Source: Acidobacteriota bacterium (GTDB lineage Bacteria > Acidobacteriota > Terriglobia > Terriglobales > Acidobacteriaceae). Taken from it: a stretch of DNA of 64,000 bases. The stretch spans positions 11,179 to 75,178 of the forward strand of contig JAJXYY010000027.1 in NCBI GenBank assembly GCA_021780315.1. Reading direction: 5' to 3'. A program made the translations under genes and the position numbers. This document shows positions 29,229 to 38,200 of the stretch, one piece after another; the stretch's first letter is position 1, and each line of letters opens with the position of its first letter. The notes beneath the pieces were generated by a model. The model was not told the DNA's origin and searched no databases. It was given only the letters and a program-made list of their open reading frames with translations.

Positions 29229-30587
29229 CTACGTGAGCAGGTTGGGCAGGGAGAGTTGGTGAGGGTGGGGGGATTGGAGCCAAGCTTCGAACTCGGGTGC
29301 GGGGCGGAGGTGGAGTAGGGTGCGGAGATAGAGGGCGTCGTGGAAGGAGGTGGACTGGTAGTTGAGCATGATGTCGTCGCCGCCGGGGACGCCCATGATG
29401 TAGTTGACGCCGGCGGTGCCGAGCAGGGTGAGGATAGTGTCGAGGTCGTCGTTGTCGGCTTCGGCGTGGTTGGTGTAGCAGATGTCGCAGCCCATGGGGA
29501 GGCCGAGGAGTTTTCCGCAGAAGTGGTCTTCGAGGGCGGCGCGGAGGATTTGTTTGCCGTCGTAGAGATACTCGGGGCCGATGAAGCCGACGACGGTGTT
29601 GACGAGCATGGGGGAGAAGTGGCGGGCGACGGCGTAGGCGCGGGCTTCGAGGGTCTGCTGGTCGATGTTGTGGTGCGCATTGGCGGAGAGGCTGCTGCCT
29701 TGTCCGGTCTCAAAGTAGAGGATGTTGGGGCAGGGGTTGTCGGGTGTGGGCGGGACGCGGTTGAGGCTGCGGGCCTGCTGGTGGGCCTGGTCGATGAGGT
29801 CGAGGGAGACACCGAAGCTGGTGTTGGTGGCCTGGGTTCCGCCGATGGATTGGAAGAGGAGATCGAGGGGTGCGCCGTGGTCCATGGCCTGCATCTGGGT
29901 GGTGAGGTGGGCGAGGACGCAGGACTGGGTGGGGATGGCGAAGCGCTGGCGGGCGTGGTCGATGAGGCGGAGGAGGGTGTTGACGGTGGCGGGGTTGTCG
30001 GAGACGGGGTTGATGCCGATGACGGCGTCTCCGGAGCCGAGGAGGAGCCCGTCGAGGATGGTGGCGGCGATGCTGGCGGGGTCGTCGGTGGGGTGGTTGG
30101 GTTGGAGGCGGGTGGAGAGCCGTCCGGGGAGGCCAACGGTGGTCCGGAAGCGGGTGACGACGGAGATTTTGCGGGCGGCGAGGACGAGGTCCTGGAGGCG
30201 CATGAGCTTGGAGACGGCGGCGGCCATCTCCGGAGTGACGCCGGGGGCGAGGGCGGTGAGGCGGGCGGGGGTGGCGTGGTCGGAGAGGAGCCAGTCGCGG
30301 AGCTGGCCCACGGTGAAGGAGGCGATGGGTGCGAAGGCGGTGGGGTTGTGGGTGTCGAAGATGAGGCGGGTGACTTCGTCGGACTCGTAGGGGACGAGGG
30401 GATGGTGAAGGAAGGTGGTGAGGGGGAGGTCGGCGAGGGCGAGCTGTGCGGCGATGCGCTGCTGGGCGGAGGTGGCTGCTATGCCGGCGAGTTGGTCTCC
30501 GGAGCGGGCGGGGGTGGCCTTGGCGAGGAGGTCGGCGAGGGTGGGGAAGGTGAAGCGGACGCTGCCGATGGTGTGGGCGTAGGACAT
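29229..30587 (-). CDS. eutB: Ethanolamine ammonia-lyase heavy chain
   Basis: RLQPNHP, DAVIGINP, YFETGQGS and EDHFCGKLLGLPMGCDICYTNH motifs. Confidence 0.96.
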   Translation of the reverse strand: MSYAHTIGSVRFTFPTLADLLAKATPARSGDQLAGIAATSAQQRIAAQLALADLPLTTFLHHPLVPYESDEVTRLIFDTHNPTAFAPIASFTVGQLRDWLLSDHATPARLTALAPGVTPEMAAAVSKLMRLQDLVLAARKISVVTRFRTTVGLPGRLSTRLQPNHPTDDPASIAATILDGLLLGSGDAVIGINPVSDNPATVNTLLRLIDHARQRFAIPTQSCVLAHLTTQMQAMDHGAPLDLLFQSIGGTQATNTSFGVSLDLIDQAHQQARSLNRVPPTPDNPCPNILYFETGQGSSLSANAHHNIDQQTLEARAYAVARHFSPMLVNTVVGFIGPEYLYDGKQILRAALEDHFCGKLLGLPMGCDICYTNHAEADNDDLDTILTLLGTAGVNYIMGVPGGDDIMLNYQSTSFHDALYLRTLLHLRPAPEFEAWLQSPHPHQLSLPNLLT

Positions 30588-30642
30588 TGGTTACTACGCT
30601 AGCAGGCGTCCGCGACGGGTGGATGAGGAATTTGGTGGGGGG

Positions 30643-32169
30643 CTAGTCGATATCGAAGCTGACGCCCTGGGCGAGGGGGAGATCGGTGCCAAAGTTGATG
30701 GTGTTGGTGGCGCGGCGCATGTACTGCTTCCAGGCGTCGGAGCCGGACTCGCGGCCTCCGCCGGTCTCCTTTTCTCCACCGAAGGCTCCGCCGATCTCTG
30801 CGCCGGAGGTGCCGATGTTGACGTTGGCGATGCCGCAGTCGGAGCCGGTGGCGGAGAGGAAGCGCTCGGCCTCGCGGAGGTTGAGGGTGAAGATGCTGGA
30901 GGAGAGTCCCTGGGGGACGTCGTTGTGGAGGGCGATGGCCTGGTCGAGCTCGGTGTAGCGGAGGACGTAGAGGATGGGGGCGAAGGTCTCGTGCTTGACG
31001 ACGTCGGCCTGGTGGGGGATTTCGACGAGGGCGGGACGGACGTAGAAGGCGTCGGGGGATTCGGTGGCGAGGACGCGTTCGCCGCCGGTGATGGTGGCTC
31101 CGGCGGTGCGGGCCTGGGTGAGGGCGAGCTGCATGGCGTTGAAGGAGCGCTGGTCGATGAGCGGGCCGACGAGGGTGGCGGGCTGGCGGGGGTCGCCGAT
31201 GACGACGGAGGAGTAGACCTTTTTGAGCTGGGGGAGGAGGGTGTCGTAGACGGAGTCGTGGACGATGAGGCGGCGGAGGGTGGTGCAGCGCTGTCCGGCG
31301 GTGCCCATGGCGGAGAAGGCGATGGCGCGGAGGGTGAGGTGGAGGTCGGCGGAGGGGGTGACGATGGCGGCGTTGTTGCCACCCAGCTCGAGGATGGCGC
31401 GGGCGAAGCGGCTGGCAAGACGAGGGCCGACGGCGCGGCCCATGGCGGTGGAGCCGGTGGCGGAGATGAGGGGGACGAGCGTGGAGTCGACGAGCTGCTG
31501 GCCGACGGCGGCGTCGCCAATGAGGAGGGTGGCGAGTCCGGCGGGGAGGTCGCCGAATTGGGCTGAGAATTTGGCGGCGGCGCGGTGGAAGATGGCCTGG
31601 GTGGCGAGGGCGGTGAGGGGAGTTTTTTCGGAGGGCTTCCAGACGACGGCGTTGCCGCAGACGAGGGCAAGGGCGGTGTTCCAGGACCAGACGGCGACGG
31701 GGAAGTTGAAGGCGGAGATAACGCCGGTGACGCCGAGGGGGTGCCAGGTCTCCATCATGCGGTGGGTGTGGCGCTCGGAGGGGAGGGTGAGGCCGGCGAG
31801 CTGGCGGGAGAGGCCGGCGGCGAAGGTGCAGATGTCGATCATCTCCTGGACTTCGCCGAGGCCCTCGGAGGCGATCTTGCCGGCTTCGATGGTGACGAGG
31901 CGGCCGAGGGTGGGGAGTTCGGCGCGGAGCTCTTCGCCGAGGAGGCGGATGAGTTCGCCGCGTTTGGGGGCGGGGACGGTGCGCCAGTGGAGGAAGGCCT
32001 GATGGGCGGCGGCGATGGCCTGGGCGGCTTCGGCGGGGGTGCTGGTGGGGAGCTGGGCGATGACCTCTCCGGTGATGGGGGTGCGGACGGTGAGGGGACC
32101 GTTGGAGTAGGTGCTGGGGTGGACGCCGAGGTGGTTGAGGAGGGAGACGACTTCGTTTTGGATGGTCAT
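30643..32169 (-). CDS. ALDH7/antiquitin-type aldehyde dehydrogenase (piperideine-6-carboxylate dehydrogenase-like)
   Basis: GEVQEMIDIC, SAFNFPVAVWSWN, LELGGNN, GTAGQRCT and GGEKETGGGRESGSDAWKQY motifs. Start at ATG 32169. Confidence 0.92.
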   Translation of the reverse strand: MTIQNEVVSLLNHLGVHPSTYSNGPLTVRTPITGEVIAQLPTSTPAEAAQAIAAAHQAFLHWRTVPAPKRGELIRLLGEELRAELPTLGRLVTIEAGKIASEGLGEVQEMIDICTFAAGLSRQLAGLTLPSERHTHRMMETWHPLGVTGVISAFNFPVAVWSWNTALALVCGNAVVWKPSEKTPLTALATQAIFHRAAAKFSAQFGDLPAGLATLLIGDAAVGQQLVDSTLVPLISATGSTAMGRAVGPRLASRFARAILELGGNNAAIVTPSADLHLTLRAIAFSAMGTAGQRCTTLRRLIVHDSVYDTLLPQLKKVYSSVVIGDPRQPATLVGPLIDQRSFNAMQLALTQARTAGATITGGERVLATESPDAFYVRPALVEIPHQADVVKHETFAPILYVLRYTELDQAIALHNDVPQGLSSSIFTLNLREAERFLSATGSDCGIANVNIGTSGAEIGGAFGGEKETGGGRESGSDAWKQYMRRATNTINFGTDLPLAQGVSFDID

Positions 32170-32236
32170 GGTTGTCGTTGGTAAGCGTAGATGGTGGGGG
32201 GTATGGGTGGCAAACGGGGGTGGTGCAAGGGTGGAA

Positions 32237-32273
32237 GCAGGTCCTCGGCTGCGCGAAGGATGACAACTAAAAA
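32237..32273 (-). repeat. REP-like repeat, family 2
   Basis: GCAGGTCCTCGGCTGCGCGAAGGATGACAACTAAAAA, 35/37 identical to 50267-50303. Confidence 0.85.
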
Positions 32274-35242
32274 CGGGCGAGGAGTTCGGCGAGGTGGAGG
32301 GGGCGGGCGTGGGAGTTCTGGGTGATTTGTTCGCAGCAACTGAAGCCGTCGGCGAGGACGATGGCCTGGGGGTGGTTGCGTACGGCTGGGAGGAGGACGC
32401 GCTCGCCGAGTTTTTGGGAGAGGTCGAATTTGTCCTGCTCGAAGCCGAAGGGGCCGGCCATGCCGCAGCAGCCGGAGTCGAGGAGCTGGACGTTGGCACC
32501 GGTGGCGCGGAGGAGGGTCATCTCGTCGTTCATGCTCATGGTGGCGCGGTGGTGGCAGTGCCCGTGGACGATGATGTCCTGGTCGATCTGCGGGGGCTGG
32601 TAGTGGGGGGCGTGGCGTACGAGGAACTCGCTGAGCAGGAGGGTCTGGTCGCGGAGTTTGGCGGCACGGGGATCGTTGGGGAGGAGGTTGCAGAGCTCGT
32701 CGCGGAAGACGGAGGCGCAGCTGGGTTCGAGGACGACGATGGGGGTTCCGGCGGCGAGCTGGGGGGCGAGGGCGTCGAGGACCTTGAGGAGATATTTTTT
32801 GGCGGTGTCCAACATGCCGAAGTCGTAGAGTGGGCGGCCGCAGCAGAGGTGTTGCTGGGGAAGCTGGACGCGGAAGCCGGCGGCGGTGAGGACCTGGTGG
32901 GCGGCGCGCAGGGTGGGGGGATGGAAGTAGTTGTTGAAGGTGTCGGACCAGAGGAAGACAGGGGTTAGGGGATAGGGGGTAGGGGATAGGGGTGTGGGTT
33001 GAGTGCGGCGGTCTTGGCGGCGGTCGGGGGTGAAGGGTTTGGCGAAGCGGGGGAAGGTGCGGTGGGGGTGGATGTGGAGCGCGGTCCTGATGAGGCTGCG
33101 GAGCAGAGGTGTGTTGTTGATGGCGTTGACGAGGCTGGGCGCGAAGGAGGCGAGGCGGGCGAAGAGGTCGATGCGTCCGAAGGCGTAGTGGCTGAGGGGA
33201 CGGGACTCGCCCTCGTAGTGGTGGGCGAGGAATTCGGCCTTGTAGGTGGCCATGTCGACGGAGACGGGGCACTCGCTTTTGCAGGCTTTGCAGGCGAGGC
33301 ATAGGTCGAGGGACTCTTTGACCTGCTGGTTCTTCCACTGGTGGTGGAGGACTTCGCCCTGCATGAGCTCCCAGAGGAGGTGGGCGCGGCCGCGGGTGGA
33401 GTGGAGCTCTTCGCCGGTGGCCATGAAGCTGGGACACATGGTTCCGGCGTCGGTTTTGCGGCAGGCTCCTACGCCGACGCAGCGGAGGGTGGCGGAGGCG
33501 AGGGAGCCGTTGTCTTCGGCGAAGGCGAAGTGGGTTTGGGGCTGCCAGGGGGCGTAGTCGACACCGAGGCGGAGGTCTTCGTGGATCTCGTGGGCGTCGA
33601 TGAGCTTGTTGGGGTTGAGGTGGTTGGTGGGGTCCCAGAGGCGCTTGAAGTCGCGGAAGGCCTGCATGAGTTCGGGGCCGAACATTTTGGGGAGGAGTGC
33701 GCCGCGGGCCTGGCCGTCGCCGTGTTCACCGGAGAGGGAGCCGCCGTGGCTGAGGGCGATGTCTGCTGCGCGGTCCATGAACTGGCGGAAGTTGAGGATG
33801 CCGGATTCGGTTTCGAGATCGAAGCTGAGGCGCATGTGGACGCAGCCCTGGCCGAAGTGTCCGTACATGGGGCTGTGGTAGCCGTACTCGTTCATGAGGG
33901 CGTAGATGTGGCGGAGGTAGGAGCCGAGCTGGGTGGGGTCGACGGCGGCGTCTTCCCAACCCTCCCATCCGGTGCCCTGGCCGGGGACGAAGGCGGTGGC
34001 GCCGAGGCCAGACTCGCGGATGGCCCAGACGCGGGCGGCTTCGGCGGCGGTGTAGATGCGGGCGTCGGTGCCCGTGTCGGGGGAGGTGGTAGGCAGGGAG
34101 GCGGCGAGGCCGCGGGCCTGGGCGTTGGCTTCGGCCTGAGTGGCTCCGCCGAATTCGACGAGGAGGAAGCCGCGGCCGGCGGGGAGGAGCGGGAGGTCGG
34201 CGAGGGCTTTCTGCTTGCGGTGGAGGGCGTCGAGGAGCAGGCCGTCCATGCCTTCGAGGCCGATGGGTTTGTGCTGGAGGATCTGCGGGACGTGGTCGGC
34301 TGCGACGAAGACGTCGGAGAAGCCGATGCCCATGAGGGTGCGGAACTGGGGGCTTTGGACGAGCTGGAGGGTAGCGCCGAGGATGATGGCGCAGGTGCCT
34401 TCGCTGCCGACGATGGCGCGGGCGACATGGAAGCCATTTTCGGGGAGGAGTTCGTCGAGGTTGAAGCCGGAGACGCGGCGGGGGATGTTGGGGAAGCGGG
34501 CGCGGACGAGGTCGGCGTAGGTGTCGCGGAGGCGTTTGAGTTCGGCGTAGATTTCGCCGATGCGGCCACCGGCGGCGATGTGGGCGGTGAGTTCGGCTTC
34601 GGAGGTGGCGCCGACGGTGAGGCGGGTTCCGTCGTAGAGCAGGAGGTCGAGGGCGACGATGTTGTCGACGGTTTTGCCGCCCATGAGGGCGTGGACGCCG
34701 CAGGAGTTGTTGCCGATCATGCCGCCGAGGGTGCAGCGGCTGTGGGTGGCGGGGTCGGGGGCGAAGGTGAGGGCGAATTTTTCAGCGGCCTCGCGTACGC
34801 GATCGAGGACGATGCCGGGCTGGACGTGGACGGTACGGGAGACGGGATCGACGGCGGACATGCCGTTCATGTATTTGGAGAAGTCGAGGATGACGGCGGC
34901 GTTGCAGCCTTGTCCGGCGAGGGAGGTACCTGCGCCGCGGGAGAGGATGGGGGCGTGGAAGGCGCGGCAGAGTGTAACTGTTTCGATTACATCCTGTTCG
35001 TCGCGGGGAATGACGAGGCCGATGGGGATGTGGCGGTAGTTGGAGGCGTCGGTGGCGTAGAGGGCGCGGGAGGCGTCGTCGAAGCGGACTTCGCCGCGGA
35101 TTTTGGCGCGGAGCTGGCGCTCGAGTTCGGCGGCTGCGGGGAAGGTGTCGTGGGCGCGTGCGTGAGAGCTGGGTGGGATGGGCGGCGGCTGGGTGGCGGG
35201 TGGAAGAACGACAAACGGCGAGGTGGACATGGTGGGCGGCAC
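32267..35242 (-). CDS. FAD-binding and Fe-S oxidoreductase (YdiJ / D-2-hydroxyacid dehydrogenase-like)
   Basis: YATDASNY, RGAGTSLAGQ, GSEGT, GHFGQGCVH, SGEHGDG, CVGVGAC, CLACKACKSECP and CCGMAG motifs. Start is 35242 or 35230. Confidence 0.9.
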   Translation of the reverse strand: MPPTMSTSPFVVLPPATQPPPIPPSSHARAHDTFPAAAELERQLRAKIRGEVRFDDASRALYATDASNYRHIPIGLVIPRDEQDVIETVTLCRAFHAPILSRGAGTSLAGQGCNAAVILDFSKYMNGMSAVDPVSRTVHVQPGIVLDRVREAAEKFALTFAPDPATHSRCTLGGMIGNNSCGVHALMGGKTVDNIVALDLLLYDGTRLTVGATSEAELTAHIAAGGRIGEIYAELKRLRDTYADLVRARFPNIPRRVSGFNLDELLPENGFHVARAIVGSEGTCAIILGATLQLVQSPQFRTLMGIGFSDVFVAADHVPQILQHKPIGLEGMDGLLLDALHRKQKALADLPLLPAGRGFLLVEFGGATQAEANAQARGLAASLPTTSPDTGTDARIYTAAEAARVWAIRESGLGATAFVPGQGTGWEGWEDAAVDPTQLGSYLRHIYALMNEYGYHSPMYGHFGQGCVHMRLSFDLETESGILNFRQFMDRAADIALSHGGSLSGEHGDGQARGALLPKMFGPELMQAFRDFKRLWDPTNHLNPNKLIDAHEIHEDLRLGVDYAPWQPQTHFAFAEDNGSLASATLRCVGVGACRKTDAGTMCPSFMATGEELHSTRGRAHLLWELMQGEVLHHQWKNQQVKESLDLCLACKACKSECPVSVDMATYKAEFLAHHYEGESRPLSHYAFGRIDLFARLASFAPSLVNAINNTPLLRSLIRTALHIHPHRTFPRFAKPFTPDRRQDRRTQPTPLSPTPYPLTPVFLWSDTFNNYFHPPTLRAAHQVLTAAGFRVQLPQQHLCCGRPLYDFGMLDTAKKYLLKVLDALAPQLAAGTPIVVLEPSCASVFRDELCNLLPNDPRAAKLRDQTLLLSEFLVRHAPHYQPPQIDQDIIVHGHCHHRATMSMNDEMTLLRATGANVQLLDSGCCGMAGPFGFEQDKFDLSQKLGERVLLPAVRNHPQAIVLADGFSCCEQITQNSHARPLHLAELLARF
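32961..32998 (+). repeat. Heptamer tandem repeat inside a CDS (G-quadruplex-type)
   Basis: [GGGGTTA][GGGGATA][GGGGGTA][GGGGATA][GGGGTGT]GGG. Confidence 0.9.
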
Positions 35243-35647
35243 TCTCCAACGCGGACGGCAGGTTTGGTTGTGATCTTACTTGGCTGCGGGGGGTTATAGA
35301 AGAGTTCTCGCCAAGGGTGTTGGTTGGGGCTATACTGGGCGCGAAACGGTATGGGTCAACACTCTGAATCCGTGATGCGTGCTGAGGGCGTGTGGTGCCG
35401 ATGGAAGTCGCACCAGATGCCGAGCGCGGAGTTGCGACTGCTGCCGACGCAGACGCGGCCCAGCCTGTTTGGCGACTAGCCGAGGCGTACTTTCTTCCCA
35501 CCGATTTTGCCTGCGATGGAGCGATGGTTCTGGTTTGCTGCGTGATGGAGCGCGGTGGACGGAGTGCCGATGCAGGCGGCTGGCGATGCTGGCTGGAGAC
35601 GACAACTACTCCCGATGGACGTGAAGGCGAGGATGACGATGGCAGTG

Positions 35648-37039
35648 ATGAATGCGATTTCGATACGGACGGTAAGCGATGCGGTGTATGGGGAGTTTGG
35701 CCCGAAGCTGAAGGGGGTGCTGCCTGGCGAGAAGGCGAAGGCGATGATTGCGCGGGATGAGCAGTACATGTCGCCGAGCTACACGCGGTCGTATCCGCTG
35801 GCGATGAAGCGTGGGCGAGGGACGCGGGTGGAGGATGTGGACGGGAACGAGTTTCTGGATTTTTCTGCGGGGATCGCGGTGGTATCGACGGGGCATTGTC
35901 ATCCGGAGGTGGTGGCGGCGATTCAGAAGCAGGCGGGTGAGTTTCTGCATATGTCGGGCACGGATTTTTACTATGAAGGGATGGTGGCTCTGGCGGAGCG
36001 GCTTTCGGCGGTGGCTCCGATGGCGGGACCGCACCGGTTTTACTATGGCAACTCGGGTGCGGAGGCGGTGGAGTGTGCGCTGAAGCTGGCGCGATACCAC
36101 ACGGGTCGTCAGAACGTGATTGCGTTTCTGGGGGCGTTCCATGGACGGACGATGGGAGCGTTGTCGCTGACGGCCTCGAAGCCGCAGCAGCGGCGGCGGT
36201 TCGCTCCGCTGGTGCCGGGGGTGACGCATGTGCGTTATCCGTATGCGTATCGCGGATGCGCGGGCGGGCCGCAGGCGGAGGAGGCGTTTGCGCTGGGATG
36301 TGCTCGGTACATCGAGGAGAAATTGTTCAAGACGGTGCTGGCTCCGGAGGAGGTGGCGGCGATCTTTGTGGAGGCGATTCAGGGAGAAGGTGGATACGTG
36401 GTGGCTCCGACGGTGTTTATGCAGGAGTTGCGGCGGATCTGCGATAAGTACGGGATTCTGCTGGTGGTGGATGAGGTGCAGAGCGGTGCGGGGCGTACGG
36501 GCAAGTGGTGGGCGGTGCAGCATACGGGAGTGGAGCCGGACATCATCTGCATTGCGAAGGGGATTGCGAGTGGGATGCCGCTGAGTGTGTGCATGTCGAA
36601 GGCGGAGGTTATGGATTGGAAGCCGGGGTCACATGCATCGACGTATGGGGGGAACCCTGTGGCGATTGCGGCTGCGCTGGCGACGATGGATGTGATTGAG
36701 CGCGAGGGGCTGGCCAATGCGACGCACGTCGGTGGACTGATGCAGGAGCGGCTGAAGACGTGGCTGAGCAAGTACTCGATTGTGGGCGATGTGCGGGGAC
36801 GCGGGCTGATGATCGGGGTGGAGATTGTGAAGGATCAGACGACGCGGGAGATGGCAGGGGAGTGGCGCGATCGGATAGTGGATCTGGCGTTCGAGCGCGG
36901 CGTTCTGCTGCTGGGCTGCGGCGAGACGACGATTCGCCTGGCGCCACCGCTGATTGTGAAGGCGGAGGAGGCGATGATCGCGCTGGATGTGCTGGAAGAG
37001 TGCGTGGCGATCGTGGAGCGGGAGCAGCGGGGAGCGTAG
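35648..37039 (+). CDS. Class-III PLP aminotransferase
   Basis: DFSAGIAV, NSGAEAVE, AFHGRT, DEVQSG, IAKG (PLP lysine) and STYGGNP motifs. Start uncertain; ATG 35648 chosen. Confidence 0.92.
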   Translation: MNAISIRTVSDAVYGEFGPKLKGVLPGEKAKAMIARDEQYMSPSYTRSYPLAMKRGRGTRVEDVDGNEFLDFSAGIAVVSTGHCHPEVVAAIQKQAGEFLHMSGTDFYYEGMVALAERLSAVAPMAGPHRFYYGNSGAEAVECALKLARYHTGRQNVIAFLGAFHGRTMGALSLTASKPQQRRRFAPLVPGVTHVRYPYAYRGCAGGPQAEEAFALGCARYIEEKLFKTVLAPEEVAAIFVEAIQGEGGYVVAPTVFMQELRRICDKYGILLVVDEVQSGAGRTGKWWAVQHTGVEPDIICIAKGIASGMPLSVCMSKAEVMDWKPGSHASTYGGNPVAIAAALATMDVIEREGLANATHVGGLMQERLKTWLSKYSIVGDVRGRGLMIGVEIVKDQTTREMAGEWRDRIVDLAFERGVLLLGCGETTIRLAPPLIVKAEEAMIALDVLEECVAIVEREQRGA

Positions 37040-37053
37040 GTGGTGTGGCTGGG

Positions 37054-37090
37054 CTGCACCGGGCCGGTAGATGGGCGGGTTCCGGTGCAG
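37054..37090. terminator. Hairpin between convergent genes
   Basis: CTGCACCGG...CCGGTGCAG 9-bp stem with no clear U-tract. Confidence 0.35.
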
Positions 37091-37111
37091 ACTGGCTGGG
37101 TTGCATTGCTG

Positions 37112-38200
37112 TTAGGGTTCGTCGTGGTTGAGGCGTTGGCGCCAGATGTCGAGCAGTGACTGGGCGAGGGCGTAGGCGATGGGGCCGAGGATGAGGCCGC
37201 TGATGCCGAAGACGATGACTCCGCCGAGGATGGAGAAGAAGATGGGGATGGTGTGGAGGCGGAGTTGGGTGCCGACCATGATGGGATAGAGGACGTTATC
37301 GAGGGTGCTGATGACGAGGGTCCCGACGGCCATGAGGATGGCGGCTTGAATCCAATGGTGGGTGAGTGCGAGGTAGATGGCGACGGGGAGCCATACGGCG
37401 AAGGCTCCGAAGGATGGGATGATGGCGGCGAAGGCGGTGGCTGCGCCGAGCAGGGTGGCTGCGCCGGAGAGGCCGATGAAGGCAAAGACGATGCCTGCGA
37501 CGACTCCCTGAATTGCGGAGACGACGAAGTGGCCCATGACGGTGGCGCGGATGGTATCGACGAGGCGGGCGAAGAGGTGGTCGGTCTCGCGCGGGCTGAG
37601 TGGAACGATGGCGCGGAGAGCGGGGAGGGCGAGGTCGCTGTCGCGGTAGACGAAGAACAGGACGAAGAGCATGATGACGATCTGGGTGAGGGCGGTGAGG
37701 GAGCCGGCGAGGAGGGCACCGATGTGCGCGGTGAGGAAGCCTGCGGACTTATCGAAGGCCTGGCTGGGGGTGATGTTGTCGAGGGAGAACTGGACGATGG
37801 CGTCGATGCGGGGGGAGTGATCGAGGAACTGTTGCAGCGAGTGTTGGGCGGAGCCGCTTTGTACGGCCTGAATGGCGGCCAGGACGCGGTAGCCGAAGCT
37901 TTGGGCGAGCAGGAAGGTGGGGCCGATGATGCCAAGGGCAACGAGTGCGACGCTGGTGGCTGCAGCAACGGATGGGGAGCGGAGGCGTGCGGCGATCCAG
38001 CGGTAGGGATGGCAGGTGACGACGGCGAGGACGATGGCTCCGGTGATGGCGGGGAGGAAGGGCTGGAGCATTCGCAGGCAGAGGAGGACGGCGACGATGG
38101 TGAGGAGGAAGAGGGTAAGGTTTTTCCAACTGAAGCCAGCGTTGGTGGCTGGCGGCTGGGGTGCGACTGCTGCGGGTTGCTGGCCTGAGGGTAGATTCAT
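37112..38200 (-). CDS. AI-2E family transporter
   Basis: LQPFLPAITGAIVLAVV, IPSFGAFAVWLP and DNVLYPIMVG...FGISGLILGP motifs. ATG 38200 overlaps the ATPase stop. Confidence 0.9.
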   Translation of the reverse strand: MNLPSGQQPAAVAPQPPATNAGFSWKNLTLFLLTIVAVLLCLRMLQPFLPAITGAIVLAVVTCHPYRWIAARLRSPSVAAATSVALVALGIIGPTFLLAQSFGYRVLAAIQAVQSGSAQHSLQQFLDHSPRIDAIVQFSLDNITPSQAFDKSAGFLTAHIGALLAGSLTALTQIVIMLFVLFFVYRDSDLALPALRAIVPLSPRETDHLFARLVDTIRATVMGHFVVSAIQGVVAGIVFAFIGLSGAATLLGAATAFAAIIPSFGAFAVWLPVAIYLALTHHWIQAAILMAVGTLVISTLDNVLYPIMVGTQLRLHTIPIFFSILGGVIVFGISGLILGPIAYALAQSLLDIWRQRLNHDEP

